In this document: positions 36,832 to 50,634 of the stretch, piece after piece | Layout: each line of letters opens with the position of its first letter | Position numbering within the stretch: the first letter of the stretch is position 1 | From: Cirrosporium novae-zelandiae | Taxonomy: Eukaryota | Assembly (NCBI GenBank): GCA_026023565.1 | Contig: JAPETS010000003.1 | Coordinates: 682,001 to 746,000 of the forward strand | Length of the DNA stretch: 64,000 nt | Reading direction: 5' to 3' | Notes under the pieces: generated by a model | Seen by the model: the letters and a program-made list of their open reading frames with translations, nothing else | The model's database searches: none | What the model was told of the DNA's origin: nothing | Program-made: the position numbers and the translations under genes

Positions 36832-39087
36832 TCAAAGTTCCCTATACCTAAAAAAGGCTCTCTTTTCTTTCGCTTCAATATCCCTCTCCCAATCCCAGTC
36901 ATTTTCATTGTCATCCTTCTTTCGCCCGGAATCAACGTACCTAACCCTTGTAATCTGTGGTGACGAGCCATCACGATAGAACGTTGCAACGCTACGGCCT
37001 TTGGGTGGTTCAGGTGAGCTAGGTGGGCTAGGGGTGCTAAGAGGGCGCATGAGTGACCGGCCGGGGATGTGGTATTCTGGTCTAGCCTGAGGCGGAGAAG
37101 AAATTCTCGCCTGTTCTAGAGGCACAATACGGCGACCTTGGCTCTTGGGGGGTGGGCCTGGTGGAGGTCCAGGAGGGGGAGGAGGTCCTGGTGAAGCTAA
37201 TGGTGCACTTCCCAAATGCGGATAAAAACACTCTGATGGTAATGGTGGCAGACTAGGAGATGAAGAAGGCTCGGGAACGGTACTCCAAGTCCCAGAATAT
37301 GTTTTTCGCGATAGATCTGTTCAATATATTAGCTTACTTTAGGACTTCTTATGGTTAGTATGAATGAACATTTCCATACCTGGGGGCGAATATTCATCGG
37401 AGCTTGGGCTGCTCTCGTCCTTGTAAACTCTCCTAAGCCTTTGAGGGCAAGATTTCACAGGTCGTTTCTCACTCTCAAATTTGACTTGTCTACTTCCATG
37501 TTTCTGCAAGGTCTGTCGGCTTAGATGGGGACCACGATCGGGAGAGTCTGTTCGAACATTAACTATGCGCACTCTGCGGGTGGAAACAGGTCCAAGACTT
37601 CTTGAACGACGATCCTCGTAAACTTCCGTACTATCTCTGGGAAATTTTCTGTGGGTTTTATTGTAGTGATCATCATCTGGAGGGGGTGGTTTTGAAACAT
37701 GTTTGGCTTCCAACGACTCTGGAATATCATCTTTGGTGGAATAAGGGCTAGGTACGTATCTAACACCTAGACGTTGATGTGCACGTCCTCGAGGTACTTC
37801 ATGTGAGTTACGTTCGGATGCACGTTCCCGCTGAGGACTATTATTGCTGAGCCACTCCCGAAAGCTGCTACCCCAAGAAGAATCCTGTGTCATTCTGCGA
37901 CCTCGTGGTGGGAATCCCGTTGGTTCTGGTGAACGTGGAGGAGATGACTCTTCCGAAGATTCATGTTGCTCCCTATTGCCTGACCTAATAATGCGGACGT
38001 AGTTATCTTTGAAAATTGGATCTTTCCCACGAGAGATAAGATATCTTGGACCATCATTTGATATAGAACGAGACCTGATGCGAATTCTCTCAATCTTATC
38101 ACGTGGCTTTCTAGTCCTAGAGCTGACACGGACGATTCTAATAGGTTTTTGTAGCTCATCAGATTCCGAAGTGTGGGTATACCTAATTCTAACTCGTTCT
38201 CTATGAACAATATCTCTTGATTTATCTTTTTCGTATGAAGCTGGACCATCTGGTGATCCCTCACTTGAAGTTTCCTTTTTCCGACATTTCCGGCAAAAGC
38301 CTGGAGCTGGTATTTCCCCTTTTTTGAGCGGATGTTTATGATGGTATGAAGCGGAACGACTCTTTCCACAGTTAGCGCAAACATGTTTTGGAGCCATCTT
38401 CTCTAGGCGTTTTTGACTTGGTGGTAGAGACTCAGATGATACCTCTTCGATCCTCGGTTCACTAGGGACGTTATGCGCAGGCGAGAGACTGTAGAACTGA
38501 TATACCGGCGGAATATTGAGTTGAGATGAGGGTAAAGGTTGGCCGAGTTCTGGTCCTTCTAAAGGTTTGATCACATGTGTATATGGAATGCTTTGTCCAT
38601 AGGCACCATCTGTTGAATATTCATTGTATGCAATCACGGGTGCAGTAGTGATAAGAGGTTGAGGAAGCTGAGGTGGTTGGAGAGGCAATGGTGGTGGTGT
38701 TGCTGATGGGGGTGATAGTGGAGGCGGGTCAGGAAGAGGGTTTCCTGTTAGCTTGGGCATTTCAGTATAACGCTCGTGTATAACCATTGAGGGAACGAAA
38801 ATATTGACCAGAATGTCAAAGAAACTAGTTCTTGGTACCTTTTTGCGGATGAAGACCGGACTTTTGGCTCCAGGACGTTTGGTAATGTAGCATTCTCCGG
38901 GTCGCAAATCAGCCCTCACGTCAGCCTCAGTTGTCTCTTGCGGAGGAGGGGCTGTCAAAGCTAATGGAGGTCTAGATATCGATGAGAAGGACTGTGGCGG
39001 AGGATCTCTAGATGTAAATATAACCTGTCAGCAAGATCTCCAGTCCTCGGCTGAGGTTCTGGTTAGATCCCGAGAGCCAACTCTCAT
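36832..39087 (-). CDS. Pro/Arg/Ser-rich hypothetical protein with a CxxC..H..H..CxxC motif; introns about 39025-39081 and 37318-37378
   Basis: The 539-aa ORF is joined to the 36832-37215 ORF by a gtatgg...gctaat...aacag intron. Motif CANCGKSRSASYHHKHPLKKGEIPAPGFCRKC. Confidence 0.7.
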
Positions 39088-40211
39088 ATCTTAATATATG
39101 ATCCGCTCCATTCTGCTAGCTACCTAGTAATGAAGTAAGAGGGAACATACCGTACGATGATTGTTCCATCCGGCTGCTTCTCACCCCAAAAATACAGCTG
39201 TGGACCTGACTGCTCCATTTCATCTCATAGGATTTAATAGAATAGGTTTTGTCTGAGAGGTTTTGTTGACTTTGATCTAAAGGGAGAGGATACGAGACAA
39301 ATATGATAGTATCACAGGAGGGGATGCATATAGATGAGCTTAGAGAGTTCTTGTTATGAATCTCAGATGATGATGTTATGGTGTTGATAATCAATTAAGA
39401 CTGAAAATGAAGCTTGGGGAAGGATTATTTAACCAGCATCGGAGGATCAGACGTGAAGACTCATAGTTGTTTTAAGTTAGGCATGGATAGGATAGAAAAG
39501 GCAATGGATTTTGGAAATGTTGTTCTGGGTCAATATTCACTGAGGCGGTTACCCTAAATTTAACATGGCAAAACAGGAAATTGGGAACAGTAGAACAGTA
39601 GAACAGTACTGAAAAGCACCTTGGGACTAACCCAACTTCAGAAAGAAACAACCAGGAACCTCATTGCATACTGTTTAATAGATACTTACATCTCCTCACC
39701 ATTCTTCTACCATCCCATCAGAACCATATTAACCAAAATACAATCGGCCATCATAATTCTCCACATCCAGCACCTTCCTCCGACAAGAGTAGAACCAAAA
39801 AGCGATAGTGGATTTGTTCTTCATAGTAGCCAACTGCCCATTTCACTTTGGAAGGCCCCATAATGTCAACCCCAAAAACCCATCTCCATCAGATGTTGAC
39901 CGGCATCAAAGCCCCATCTTATTTAAAAGCCATCCCCCAATGTAAGTAAGGTGTAAGTTGGTTCATGCCAAGATTTTCCTTCCCATTACTATACAGTATA
40001 GACTCAGCCCTACCACTATCACAAGTTGTACCTCTGGATCCAACGATCCTCTCCCAGGTCTTCTAATGGCAAAATACACTGGTATTAATGGAATTTATTC
40101 TCTTCTAATTCGCATTTTAGAAAAATCCCCGACGTCCCATAAACTCCCAACAACAATGCATTACCGTGATAACCCAAACCCTCTATGCAAAAAAATCCCA
40201 TTACAAGAAAT

Positions 40212-43004
40212 CTATAGACGCTTGATTATGCGCTTGATTATCTCTGCTGGTGTAGGGTGTTGCAGCTTCACCCATTCCCCATTGAAGGCGTTGATAAGCC
40301 AATCCTTGAGCCCTAGATTATTGTTAGCAGGATACAGAGGAGCAAATCATATTGCAATGCACTCACGATCGTAGACCATCAAATTGGCATTGTGGAAATA
40401 AATACTATGGTCCGAGTCCGGGAAAACATGCTCATCATAATTCTCGACACCGGCTAAATCGAGTTTGTCGAGAAGTGTAAATGTATTTTGTGTATGCACA
40501 TTATCGTCAGCAACGCCATGCATCACTAGGAATCGAACGTTATTTCCAAGCGCTGTCATATTCGTTATGGCGGTGCTCTCGTAGCCCTGTGGATTATTTT
40601 GTGGGGTGCGCATATATCGTTCTGTATAAATCGAATCATAATATCTCCAATCGGTCACTGGTGCAACTGCCATCCCATACTGGAACGTGTTACCACCATC
40701 CTGTTCAAGGGTTTTCAACGTCATGAAGCCCCCATAACTCCAACCCCAGATTGCGATTCGGCTAGCATCAACGTATGGCTTTTTGGCCCATATTTTTGCT
40801 GTCTCGATCTGATCTTTGGCCTCATAAAAACCAATATTGCCCCGGATGATACAACGGGCCTTGCGACCAATAAATCCAGTTCCTCGGCCATCTACAGTCA
40901 CGACGACATAACCAAGAGTTGCGGTAAGGTAGGCTTGAAAGTCAACATTGAACATCTTAGACACAGTTTGGGAGCCTGGGCCACCATATAAATGGAACAT
41001 CACAGGATATTTCTTGTTTTTATCAAAATTGGGTGGACGTCGTTCCACTACCTGAAGGGTGAACCCATCTATGGTCACGGTTGAATAGTGTTGGGTTGGC
41101 AGGCTATAGTCTTTGACTTTTGCGGCAAGATCTTTATTCTCTTCGATGATAAGTTGATATTTATCCTTGTTGTTTGGTGTACTTATCACCTTCTGCCATG
41201 GAATATCAGGACCTTTGTAGGTGAGCAACACATAGCCAGATCCACTAGAGAAAGAGGCTGAATAGTATCCTTCTTTAGTCGTATCAGTTAGAGGCTTTAG
41301 ACCAGTACCATCAAGTTTGACTGAGTATATATGACGTTGGATAGGTGACTCCTTTGTAGCGATAAAGTACACTAGGTTGTTGGTAAGATCAACAGATGAC
41401 GGAGCCGAAACGACCTCCCAATCACCTAAGGTCAGCATGATAGGCTCTGGGTTGTCGATGGGGGTAAAATAGGCAAGGTGGTCATTGTTTTCATGTACTA
41501 TAGTCGTAATATATCCATCGTGTGGTCGTCCATTTGCGGGGTCTGAAGGGATGAAATGTGTATCTTGGGATGGTTCGGCCCACCCGCCATCAAGAGCGTT
41601 GAAGTCAACCGTTCGAACAACTTGACCTTCACGTCTAGTTACATCTACCAAAACGGTTCTGATTTTATCGCTTTGACGATTTACTTCTTTTATTAAAACT
41701 TTGCCTGAAGATCCAGCCCAGGTCACTTCTGTAAATAAACGGTCATTGTCTTCGAACCCACCGTCAATATCGACCTCAAAGACTTCATATTTGGCCACAT
41801 CATAGAATCGCATATCAACGACTGGGTTTGGTGCCCCAGCTTTGGGATATTTGATGTTGCGGATTTCTGGATAGTTCTCTTCGCCGGGTTTTGGAAGTGT
41901 ACCGCTAGGTCTAGACACAAAGTAGGGTACTGGATAGACCGGTACCGCAGATTCATTCGTACGCATGAAAACGATATATTTCCCATCTTCTGCCCACCAT
42001 GTGACACTATTTCCTTGGAAAACTTCTTCTTCATATACCCAGTCAGGAATGCCATAGAAGCACTCGGTTCCGCCATCATGGGTAATTTGCGTTACGCCAA
42101 TGGCAGACAACTTCCGAAGAAATAGATTATTATCTCTTGTGAAAACAATGGCATCAGATTGGGGGGACCATGAAGCAAGTTGAACGCGGCCATTAACATG
42201 TCCAGGGTCTAGTGGTTCTGCGGTCTGAGTAGCAACATCAAAGATCCAATATTTTCCATAGAATGAATGTCTCCAGTTCTTTTCATAGTCTGACAAGCAC
42301 AAGACTTTCTTCAAGTCCGGACTAGGCCATACTTTGCTGGGAAATATCATCTTGTCTCCAACCCTGAAGCCTCCGGCCTTTATTAAAGTCATACTTGCCA
42401 TTGCATCTGCATCATCTTTTCGGCTTCGAATATCCTTAACCACAAGATAATCTTGTCCCATTCCAGCATCTTGCTCCATCAATAAGCCATCCTCCCCATT
42501 GGCCCCTTTGATCCACGATATACCATGACTTCGAGCACGGAAGCCCCCTTGGATTATATCACTGACGGCAATCTGAGATTTCCCGCTATTGGCCGTGGAT
42601 GACGGGATGGAGGATGAAGCATATGCGGGTGTTGATCCTCTTCGAGCTATGAACAAGAACAGAGCCAGCAACCATCCTCCCACACATACTATAATTAGTA
42701 TCCATAAAGCCCGCTTCGCGCGTCCATCGATTGGTTTATCAGCTATAGAAGCATATGGGCCCTCTTCCAAGTCATATTCATCTTGATTTGTGTCCTTTCT
42801 TTGACCATCGGCATCATCCTTGTAGTCGCCCTTGAAGGGATTCTTAAATGTGACGTTGCTATTTGCAGTGCTCGCGGTACTAAGGCCTTCGAGTACGAGT
42901 GAGGTGGTCGATACCGATGAGGTGGAGTCGATGGAATTGCGGGGAGAGGCCCCCTGGTTTAGAGGTTTCCTCTCCTCTTCGTCGTTATAATTATCGGAAG
43001 GCAT
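40212..43004 (-). CDS. dapB: Type II membrane dipeptidyl aminopeptidase B (DPP IV family S9B); intron 40313-40366
   Basis: N-terminal TM segment, [17 protein letters not shown], nucleophile GWSYGG, DDNVH and FPDSDHSI. Last exon reads [14 protein letters not shown]...RL*. Confidence 0.95.
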
Positions 43005-46000
43005 GTTGATCGCTTTCTAGGGGCAGCATCCTGAAATTTAGAGAAGCAGGCTGTCGGCGTTGACGATGGCATGCGTGGACTGAAACATTGCTTATCCGTA
43101 AGTAGCTGACTATCGTTCGACCAATACTGAGCTGAGGGTTTTACCTAACCTCGGTTGGGCTAGAGATCTACCCCAGGATCTTTGTTCAACATAGGAACCA
43201 GTGGAGTTTATTGTTGTACCTTTCCGTCACTTGAGATCTATCCTGCTCCAATCACCTTCCTAGGTCATTTTGAAGAATATTTTATAGACAAGGCTCTTTG
43301 TGGGGAGGTTTAATGGAACTTGTTCCACTGGATCCGTGTGGCAATTTTATTATAACATCTCCCTCTACTATGGAACCACTTGTTTAATTGATCCTTATGA
43401 GTTCTAGCAAGTAAAGAGAATAGTATCAAATTATTAGAGGGCCATTGTGACGAACAGTTCAAGATTTAGATTTTTGTAGTGCCTAAAGATGCTATTGAGA
43501 AATTCAGGAATAGCAATACATGTAGCTAAAGGATGCTTGAACATCTTCTATTGCTTTTAAATTTATTCAATCGGCTTCCAGAGCCAAACCTGAAAGCACA
43601 TTCGTGTTTTAGTTTAATCAATAGCTCCTTTCTATATATCCTTAGTCTGTGTCCTTGAAGTATACCTAACAACAAAAAATATTTTAGACCGAGAACAATA
43701 TACTTCATTATCGTGATAAAGCCTTTATATATTTCCACGTCACAGCATAGATGCTCTACCATAATGTTATTTGATCGCGTCGGAACGGTTTAATAGTCAG
43801 CTTAATTACATCATTGTATTCACAAACGGAGGGAGTGACAGAGCCAGAGAAGGAGTAGAACGGGGTAAGACTATAGAAAGCATCGTGCCTTTTAAATAGG
43901 TACACTAATTGAAGAACCCTCGGTTTCTAGATCTTCTTTCTAAGATAGTATTACGACTCTTCTCTAATGATAGAACTTTTAATAGATAGCTAACATGGAG
44001 ATAAATTGTGTTATCTTAAGAAGCTAGAAGAATGTACTAAACCTACGCTGATAGCAAACTATCTTGATAACCATAATTCAACTTTTGGATTTTTTGGTTG
44101 TTTCGTTCAGCCATGAATGGTCGAGGAGCAAATGACATATTAACGTCAACTATGAATTCCGATCGGGCACTATCCATCCATCTTTGCCATGCGACAGCGC
44201 CAGATCAAAGACTCGGCAACTATAAGTCATATCGAACCATTTCGGCATCATGGACGGATAGTGTACTGTAATAGCAAACATAATGGCAGCAACAAACCAG
44301 GTAAGCGTAGTACCACACCGGGCTGGTAGAGGGAGAAGGCCTTTCTAAATAGCCCCGTCTTACTTCAATAGTCCAGGCGCATTGTCGAAATAAGTTTCAG
44401 CGGGCTAATAAATGAAAAGAAATAGGAACGTAGTTGGCAATCAAAGGTACCCGCTGGTTGGACATTCTTCTGGAACGACTTCTTTGCATTTCACTTTGAA
44501 TTTTAATGCCGTCACTTCGTCGCTCTTGGGTTCGCAACAGCTGCATGGCATTTATCTCATCCATCACACACTGACGCGCCCGGTTTCTGAAGGATTGATA
44601 GAATCGCGCGCTAACTCATGCCAGAAATCATAGACTCCTAACCTGGTTTTCCCAACTTTGGAAGTTACTTTTAATTCTCAGTACGAGATTTGGTCCATCA
44701 TCATAATGCATAATCTTCCAGGTCCTGAAAAGGGCAAAAACAGCATAATATTGAGAGCAAGGTCACATTGTATCTACCCAGTCAGTGACAAGGGTTATTC
44801 TCGATGAAAGATGGCTAAAACACTGTATATCACTCAAATAGCTGGTATATGAGTGGAACATGTCAGTTATTAAGGTATAGCTTTGACAAGCAATCTGTCG
44901 AGGTTGTTCAAGGAAAACAGATTAAGAAGCATATGTTACATCCGACTTTAGAAGCAAGGAAGCCAAAGCAGGGCTAGTCCCCTGCTGCAAGGCTGTCAAC
45001 CGAACCCTGACAAGGTCTTCTTTCGGTATTACTCTTTCACTAGGAAGAAACACTTTTAGGTTAATCATGGGTACGGCAAGGCAATGATACAGCGATGGAA
45101 GTAAAGCAGGAACGCATGGATGCCACGAAACATGAACTTTGAACTTTGGGGTCAGCCTTGGATAGCAATCTCGTGAAGGAATATCCATGTGGTTCGTGAG
45201 AGGGATCTCGATGCAAGAAGCCGCATGATCAAGCAAGCGGTACGCAGCCAACTTCTACAACCAAATCAAGCAGCGGTTGATGTGATACAATTTCCAAAAT
45301 AGATGGTAAGGTCAAAAAGAGAAATTAGGGTAACTAGACCTTGATTAGGGATGAGGGAATAGTGACACTGGGGCGTTTGACAACAGTACGAATGAAGTAA
45401 AAAGGAGGACGATCTGCAATGACCATCTCACGCCACCTGGAAGTTGAGATAGGATGGTTACTAGAATTGTAATTGCTGTGTACCTTATTTGGGGGATGTT
45501 ATGAACTTGGTCGTTGTAATAAGAGCGAACGCATTGACAGAAAAGAAGAATGGGACGAGGTGGATGAGGTGGATGTTGAGATTGAACTAAAGATCAGAGG
45601 CTCCGGGGCGCGTAACCGAAATTCCCCGGCCGCTGTCAGTGGAAGCATCTGCGCTATGATGGACATGAAGGTTGAATCACCGGAATCACTAGAATCATTG
45701 GAATCATTGGAGTTACTTTTGTTACTGCTGGCCCTATGAAAATTCAAGTCAGGCAGCAGGCACGATTATTGGGCATGAATGTCATGTTTCATCCCCCGAC
45801 GGCTTGACACAAGGGACCAGGGGTTCTACGCACTGATACCAGAGATAATATGCAAAGCTGAATAATGACAATGTCACTACCTAGATATGTAACTCATTGC
45901 ATTATCCTGCATTAAAACACACTTGCAGAAGATGACAGTTAGAGCCTTAGGAAAAGCCACGGGAGCCACGGAGTCATAACATCACACCCCACGCGATACG

Positions 46001-49000
46001 CGACGAGGGGGGTGGAAGACGAAGAAGAACGAGAAGAACAAGAAAAAGAAAGAAAACGAAAATGAAAAATGAACTGCCAATTGACATGTGAGAGAAAAAG
46101 CGGCAAGGTTCGGGATTCTGGCTTGGATTAGGTATTCAGCTCCGACGAAGGATTGCATTTTCTCATCTTTTTTTGTCGTTTTTCATCTTTTTTCCCTTCG
46201 ATAGTTAAGAATGTACCATGTATGTCACTATGTATATAGATGAATACATGATTAAATAATAATTTCTAGAGCTTATGCCTTATGCCATATTATGGAATGG
46301 GGTATTTTTTTTGTTTTGCTGCCTGTTGAGATATAGGTGTGGGTATCGAACTAGGTATGGCTTAAGTATAATTAGCCGGACACGCACAGTATAATTCAGT
46401 ATGACTTGGTAAAGCTCAGCATGCGCACCATGGGATATCGGAATGGCCGTTGAATAATAATACGGACACACAGTTAGGAAGGTCCTTTGTAGTAAAACAT
46501 AATTACGGCACAGCAGGAGCAATACCGCAAAATAGTAATAATATGGACCTCTTAGGCCTTCTTGGGTCCCTCGGGCTCATGTGCACAAATTCTCTTTTTG
46601 ACAAGGTCCCCATTATTCTGAGAAATTTGGAACATTTTTTTCCATCTGTCCAGATTATTACCTAGGTAGCTAAGGTGTCTATGTCTCTATTAAGTAGTAT
46701 CTAGCGAGTTATCAAGCATCCAGAAATTATCATGAGGAGATGTTTTCATCCCATCTGTGATCGATTACCACTCATTATAGGATTATACTTTTTTTCCTCG
46801 TCATCATCATGGGCGGTTAATGATTTATTACCACAGTATTATATGTGGCTATGGGCCAACAAAGATAGACTAGAAAGTATCCAGAGGGTAGTGTTGGCGG
46901 GGGGGGGAGAAATAAATACATGGGCAGGAAATTCAATGTGCAAAAATTCAAAGGATTCGAGACATGCAACTGGCTCAATTTGGTGCAAAAGGTTCCAGGC
47001 GAAGGCACGTGCTCAGGAATGCTACGAATCAGAATTTTGCAGCACATGAAATTTTTCCTCGGCTGAGCCAATGGCAGGGTCCAACGGACTGGAATTTCCT
47101 GATAAATCAACAGAATTCCCTCCCTTCCCTCGCCTCCATTCGTCTGTAGTCTGAAGGATACCGAAAAGTACTCTTGTCCATATTCATTAATTCTTTTGAC
47201 CCAATTTGTCCAACCCTGTCTTATCCTAGAAAGTAAGACAGGACCTGGAGATCCGACACACCATTCAGTTTGAGACCCATTGACAGAAGATTGCGAATCT
47301 TCTGAGATTTCCAGAAAAGCCCTTAGCCCCCAATTACCCAACGAGCCCGAGGTTCATGTTCATGGTCAAGTACCTTTTCTGATTTTTTTTTGATTTTTTA
47401 CTACCGAGGATCGCGACGTGACCTTACACTGTGGTATTGAAAGAATAATCGGAAACACCAAAAATATCGGCTTGTTGCCTTTTCGAAAAAAAAAAGTCGC
47501 ATTTCAACATTCCAGCATTTGAGTTAGCATCTGTTGTGTGTGTGTGTGGGAGGTTGTGCGCTGTCCGCTTGTCCACTGTTCACTCCTGTCCACTGTGTTG
47601 GTATTAATACAAGTGTGTAAAGAGTGTGTAGTGTGTGTGCAAAAAGAAGTGTGCAAAATTCCCAAGGTCCCGGAAGAGAAGAAGAAGAAAAAAAACCTTT
47701 TTCGCTTCCTGGTTACTGTGCGTCAGAGAGAGAGAGAGAGAGAAGCTCTAAAGCTCCAGAACCCGGCACTCACCGACTTTTATTGCCTCAACTTCCTGCC
47801 TCAGTCAGCAACCTAAGAGAGACCGAGAAAGAAAGAAAAGAAGAAAAAAAACCTTTTTAGGACCTTTCATTGGCTTCGGCTCATCAATTTTCTCCTCTCT
47901 TCCAACCCCCAGTCTTTTGGGTAAAGCAACAATCCCACTTCTAGGAATTCATCAATTCTTCATTATTATTTGAAAAATCTGTCATTATTTGACAATCTTC
48001 GAATCAAGTGGTGAAATTGGTGAAGTCTTTTTTATTCGACAAATCACAGAACCTTGTTGGGTTTCTTTAGCCGTTGCAACTACTGGAAGCAATCTCGCCA
48101 GTCACCGAACTCGCACGTACGTCGGTCCTGTGGATGGCCTTGTGGTTCAGGTGGACAAGAAAAGAAAAAAACCCACTGGCTTTTACAACCAAAGGCAAAG
48201 AAAGTCAAGGCCCAGTCCATTCAGCAAGTCTACCCAGGTCCAAGTAGGTCAACCCAAGTCAAAAATCCCACTTCTCATCGCTGATTAGCGACTTTGCTAA
48301 CTGCCAAAACAAGGAGCCAGCATTTAAGCCAAGACAGAAAAAATAAGCCAGCCCTTCCTTGTTCCGACCAACCATCGTCATCATCCCACCCTTCAAACCC
48401 AAGCAGAAACCCAATCCACTCACACACCTCACACACAACCTACCATCTACCACCTACCACGCCTACCACGCATACCACACCTACCACATCCCATCCCATC
48501 CCATCCCCAATTCCATCTTGACACAAATTAATTCGATTCGTGTGCCTCGGTCCTTCGGTCCTTCAACCTTCGACCTTCTACCTTCAGCCAACCCTGCTAT
48601 TCTTGTCATCCTAGAAAAGAAGAAAGAAAGAAAGAAAGAAAGAAAAAATCCCCCAAAGAGTGACAAGGGCTTGACTTTTTAGTTAGCTTTAGTGTGACTA
48701 GGGTACATCGCGTTGCCTTGCCGGGTTCTTTGGTCGTGTTCGCTTCGATTGACATTTTTGTCTATTTCCTGGCTTCCCGGGCATATCGGACTGCCTTTGT
48801 TGGGTTCGCTCAAGTCTCACTGAATTCTTAGCTAAAATCCTGTCTTCGCCCAACCACAGCTCACCTTCATCTTTCAAGCTCTTCAACTACCCACCCCCAA
48901 GGGTCCTACCCATTAATACAGCCAATCGTTCGACAATTTCCAGTGACGTCCATTCCATCACCCAATCATCGAGCAATCGCATGCATTTCTTGCCTAGCTA

Positions 49001-49693
49001 GACCTTTCCTTGCCCGTCCTGCGTCACTCTACATATGCCCACACGCTCGATAGGCCCTGAACTCAGTCCTCACCAACAAGCCTTGTAACCCTCCTCATCC
49101 GTTGACTGGGCTCACTGGCTCACCAAACACTCTGGGTCCTGACTGCTTGTCGTGCTTGTCGCGGTTCCAACTCTCTCAGACGCGAGCCAAAACACCCATC
49201 GCACCACTTCAAAAATCTAACCGCGAATCATCGCAACCCTCTATCAAGTCCCGTGACTGAATAGGCTCCAAAACTTCAAGTTTGGACTCGTCGCCGGCGT
49301 CCAATACCATTGCGACCTGGAACCCTGTCGGAGAATTATTTTGCGACGAGCGCTTCGTTGTAGACCTTCAAGTTCAGCGCAAAGCAGTCTGGCGCGCGAC
49401 AGTGACGTCGCCGTCTAACAATTATTTTAGCCTGCATTAAGGTGAAAACCCTCTAGGTCAGGCCTTAAGCACGTGTCGGTACATTCTTCACCCATCCCAA
49501 ACGAGGGTCAACGGCATCCGTGAAGCACCAAAACGTCGCGCCGTGCCGCAATTGAGCTGTGGAACGGCAACACCAAAAGCCAGCAAAGACAAGCATCATT
49601 AAAATAGTCAATCGTCAGCTTTTGGGAGCCAAGGATAGGAATAGAAACTGTTGTTCGAGGAGACTAACGCCTTGCGGTGAGCTGATCGACCAG

Positions 49694-49840
49694 GTATGAT
49701 TTGGCGTGCATCGCTTCCCGCATTGCCAACGCATCAAACCCATCCGCCGATTCTTAATCCTATCCCACTTTCACTGAGCCCCCAATTGTTATCATTGTGC
49801 GTCGGTAATCATCTTTGCTAACATGTTTTGGCTTTTACAG
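49694..49840 (+). other. 5'-UTR intron upstream of hapB
   Basis: CAG|gtatga donor, gctaac branch point, tttacag acceptor. Confidence 0.7.
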
Positions 49841-50300
49841 TTTCGTATCCTCAAATCAACCGACAGAAAACGCCGTCTGCCTAAGCATCAGCGGCTCAAA
49901 ACTGCCCCATCGATTTGTCCGGCCCCGCCATCAGGTCGCATACTCGAGCAATTCGATTCAAACGCGTGCACCGCCTCCGCTGTCGAAGTCGACGAGAGAA
50001 AACAATACAGAAGGCAAGCGAATCTACCGATTCAGGGATCGCCTGCTTGCCTCATCTTAGAAATATACCCTGCGCCACAACCGTCGCAGCCAAACAGGTG
50101 ACAACGCATAGTTATAGACTTGTACTAGGTGATCTCAACACGCTGCAACGGGGCCCAACTGCAATCTGGCAGCCGATCAGGACACCAAATACAATCCAAG
50201 TCCGTAGCTCTTGTTCCACAATAGTCTGCGTCAAACATTATCATCTCCGACTGTTCTTGCAAGCCAAAAGTCTTGAGTGAAAGTTCGTTTTCTAAAGAGA

Positions 50301-50364
50301 GTATGTATTGGTCCTGCTTCTTCGCAATGTGCCATCGCAAGCGCGCATACTAACATAAGCGCAG
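50301..50364 (+). other. Second 5'-UTR intron upstream of hapB
   Basis: gtatgt donor, perfect tactaac branch point, cgcag acceptor. Confidence 0.75.
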
Positions 50365-50634
50365 GGGTTAGCACTATCAGCGCATTAGTGGATCGAATCA
50401 ACTCCACCAAAACTGCATCACGACTTCCGAGCGCGTTTCGTGCATTGTGAATAACAAACCATTCCTCTCCAATCATCTACCGAGAATACCAGTTGCGATT
50501 GTTGCCTTTGCTTCAACCTTCCAGGCTTGACCCTAGCTTGAAAGACTTCTTTCATCCTTGACGAGGTCACCAAGCAGGAACAGGAGGAGTAGTAGCCTTC
50601 TTTTCTGCTTGAGAACCTCTCCACCGCTATCGCG

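Noticed and set aside
43100..47500. Large gene-free interval considered for telomerase RNA, TPP riboswitch or transposon relic
   Set aside because: No convincing TAACCCTAA template, TPP core motifs, terminal repeats or transposase/RT fragments seen; short ORFs (44922-45251, 45499-45747, 46817-47341) lack motifs.
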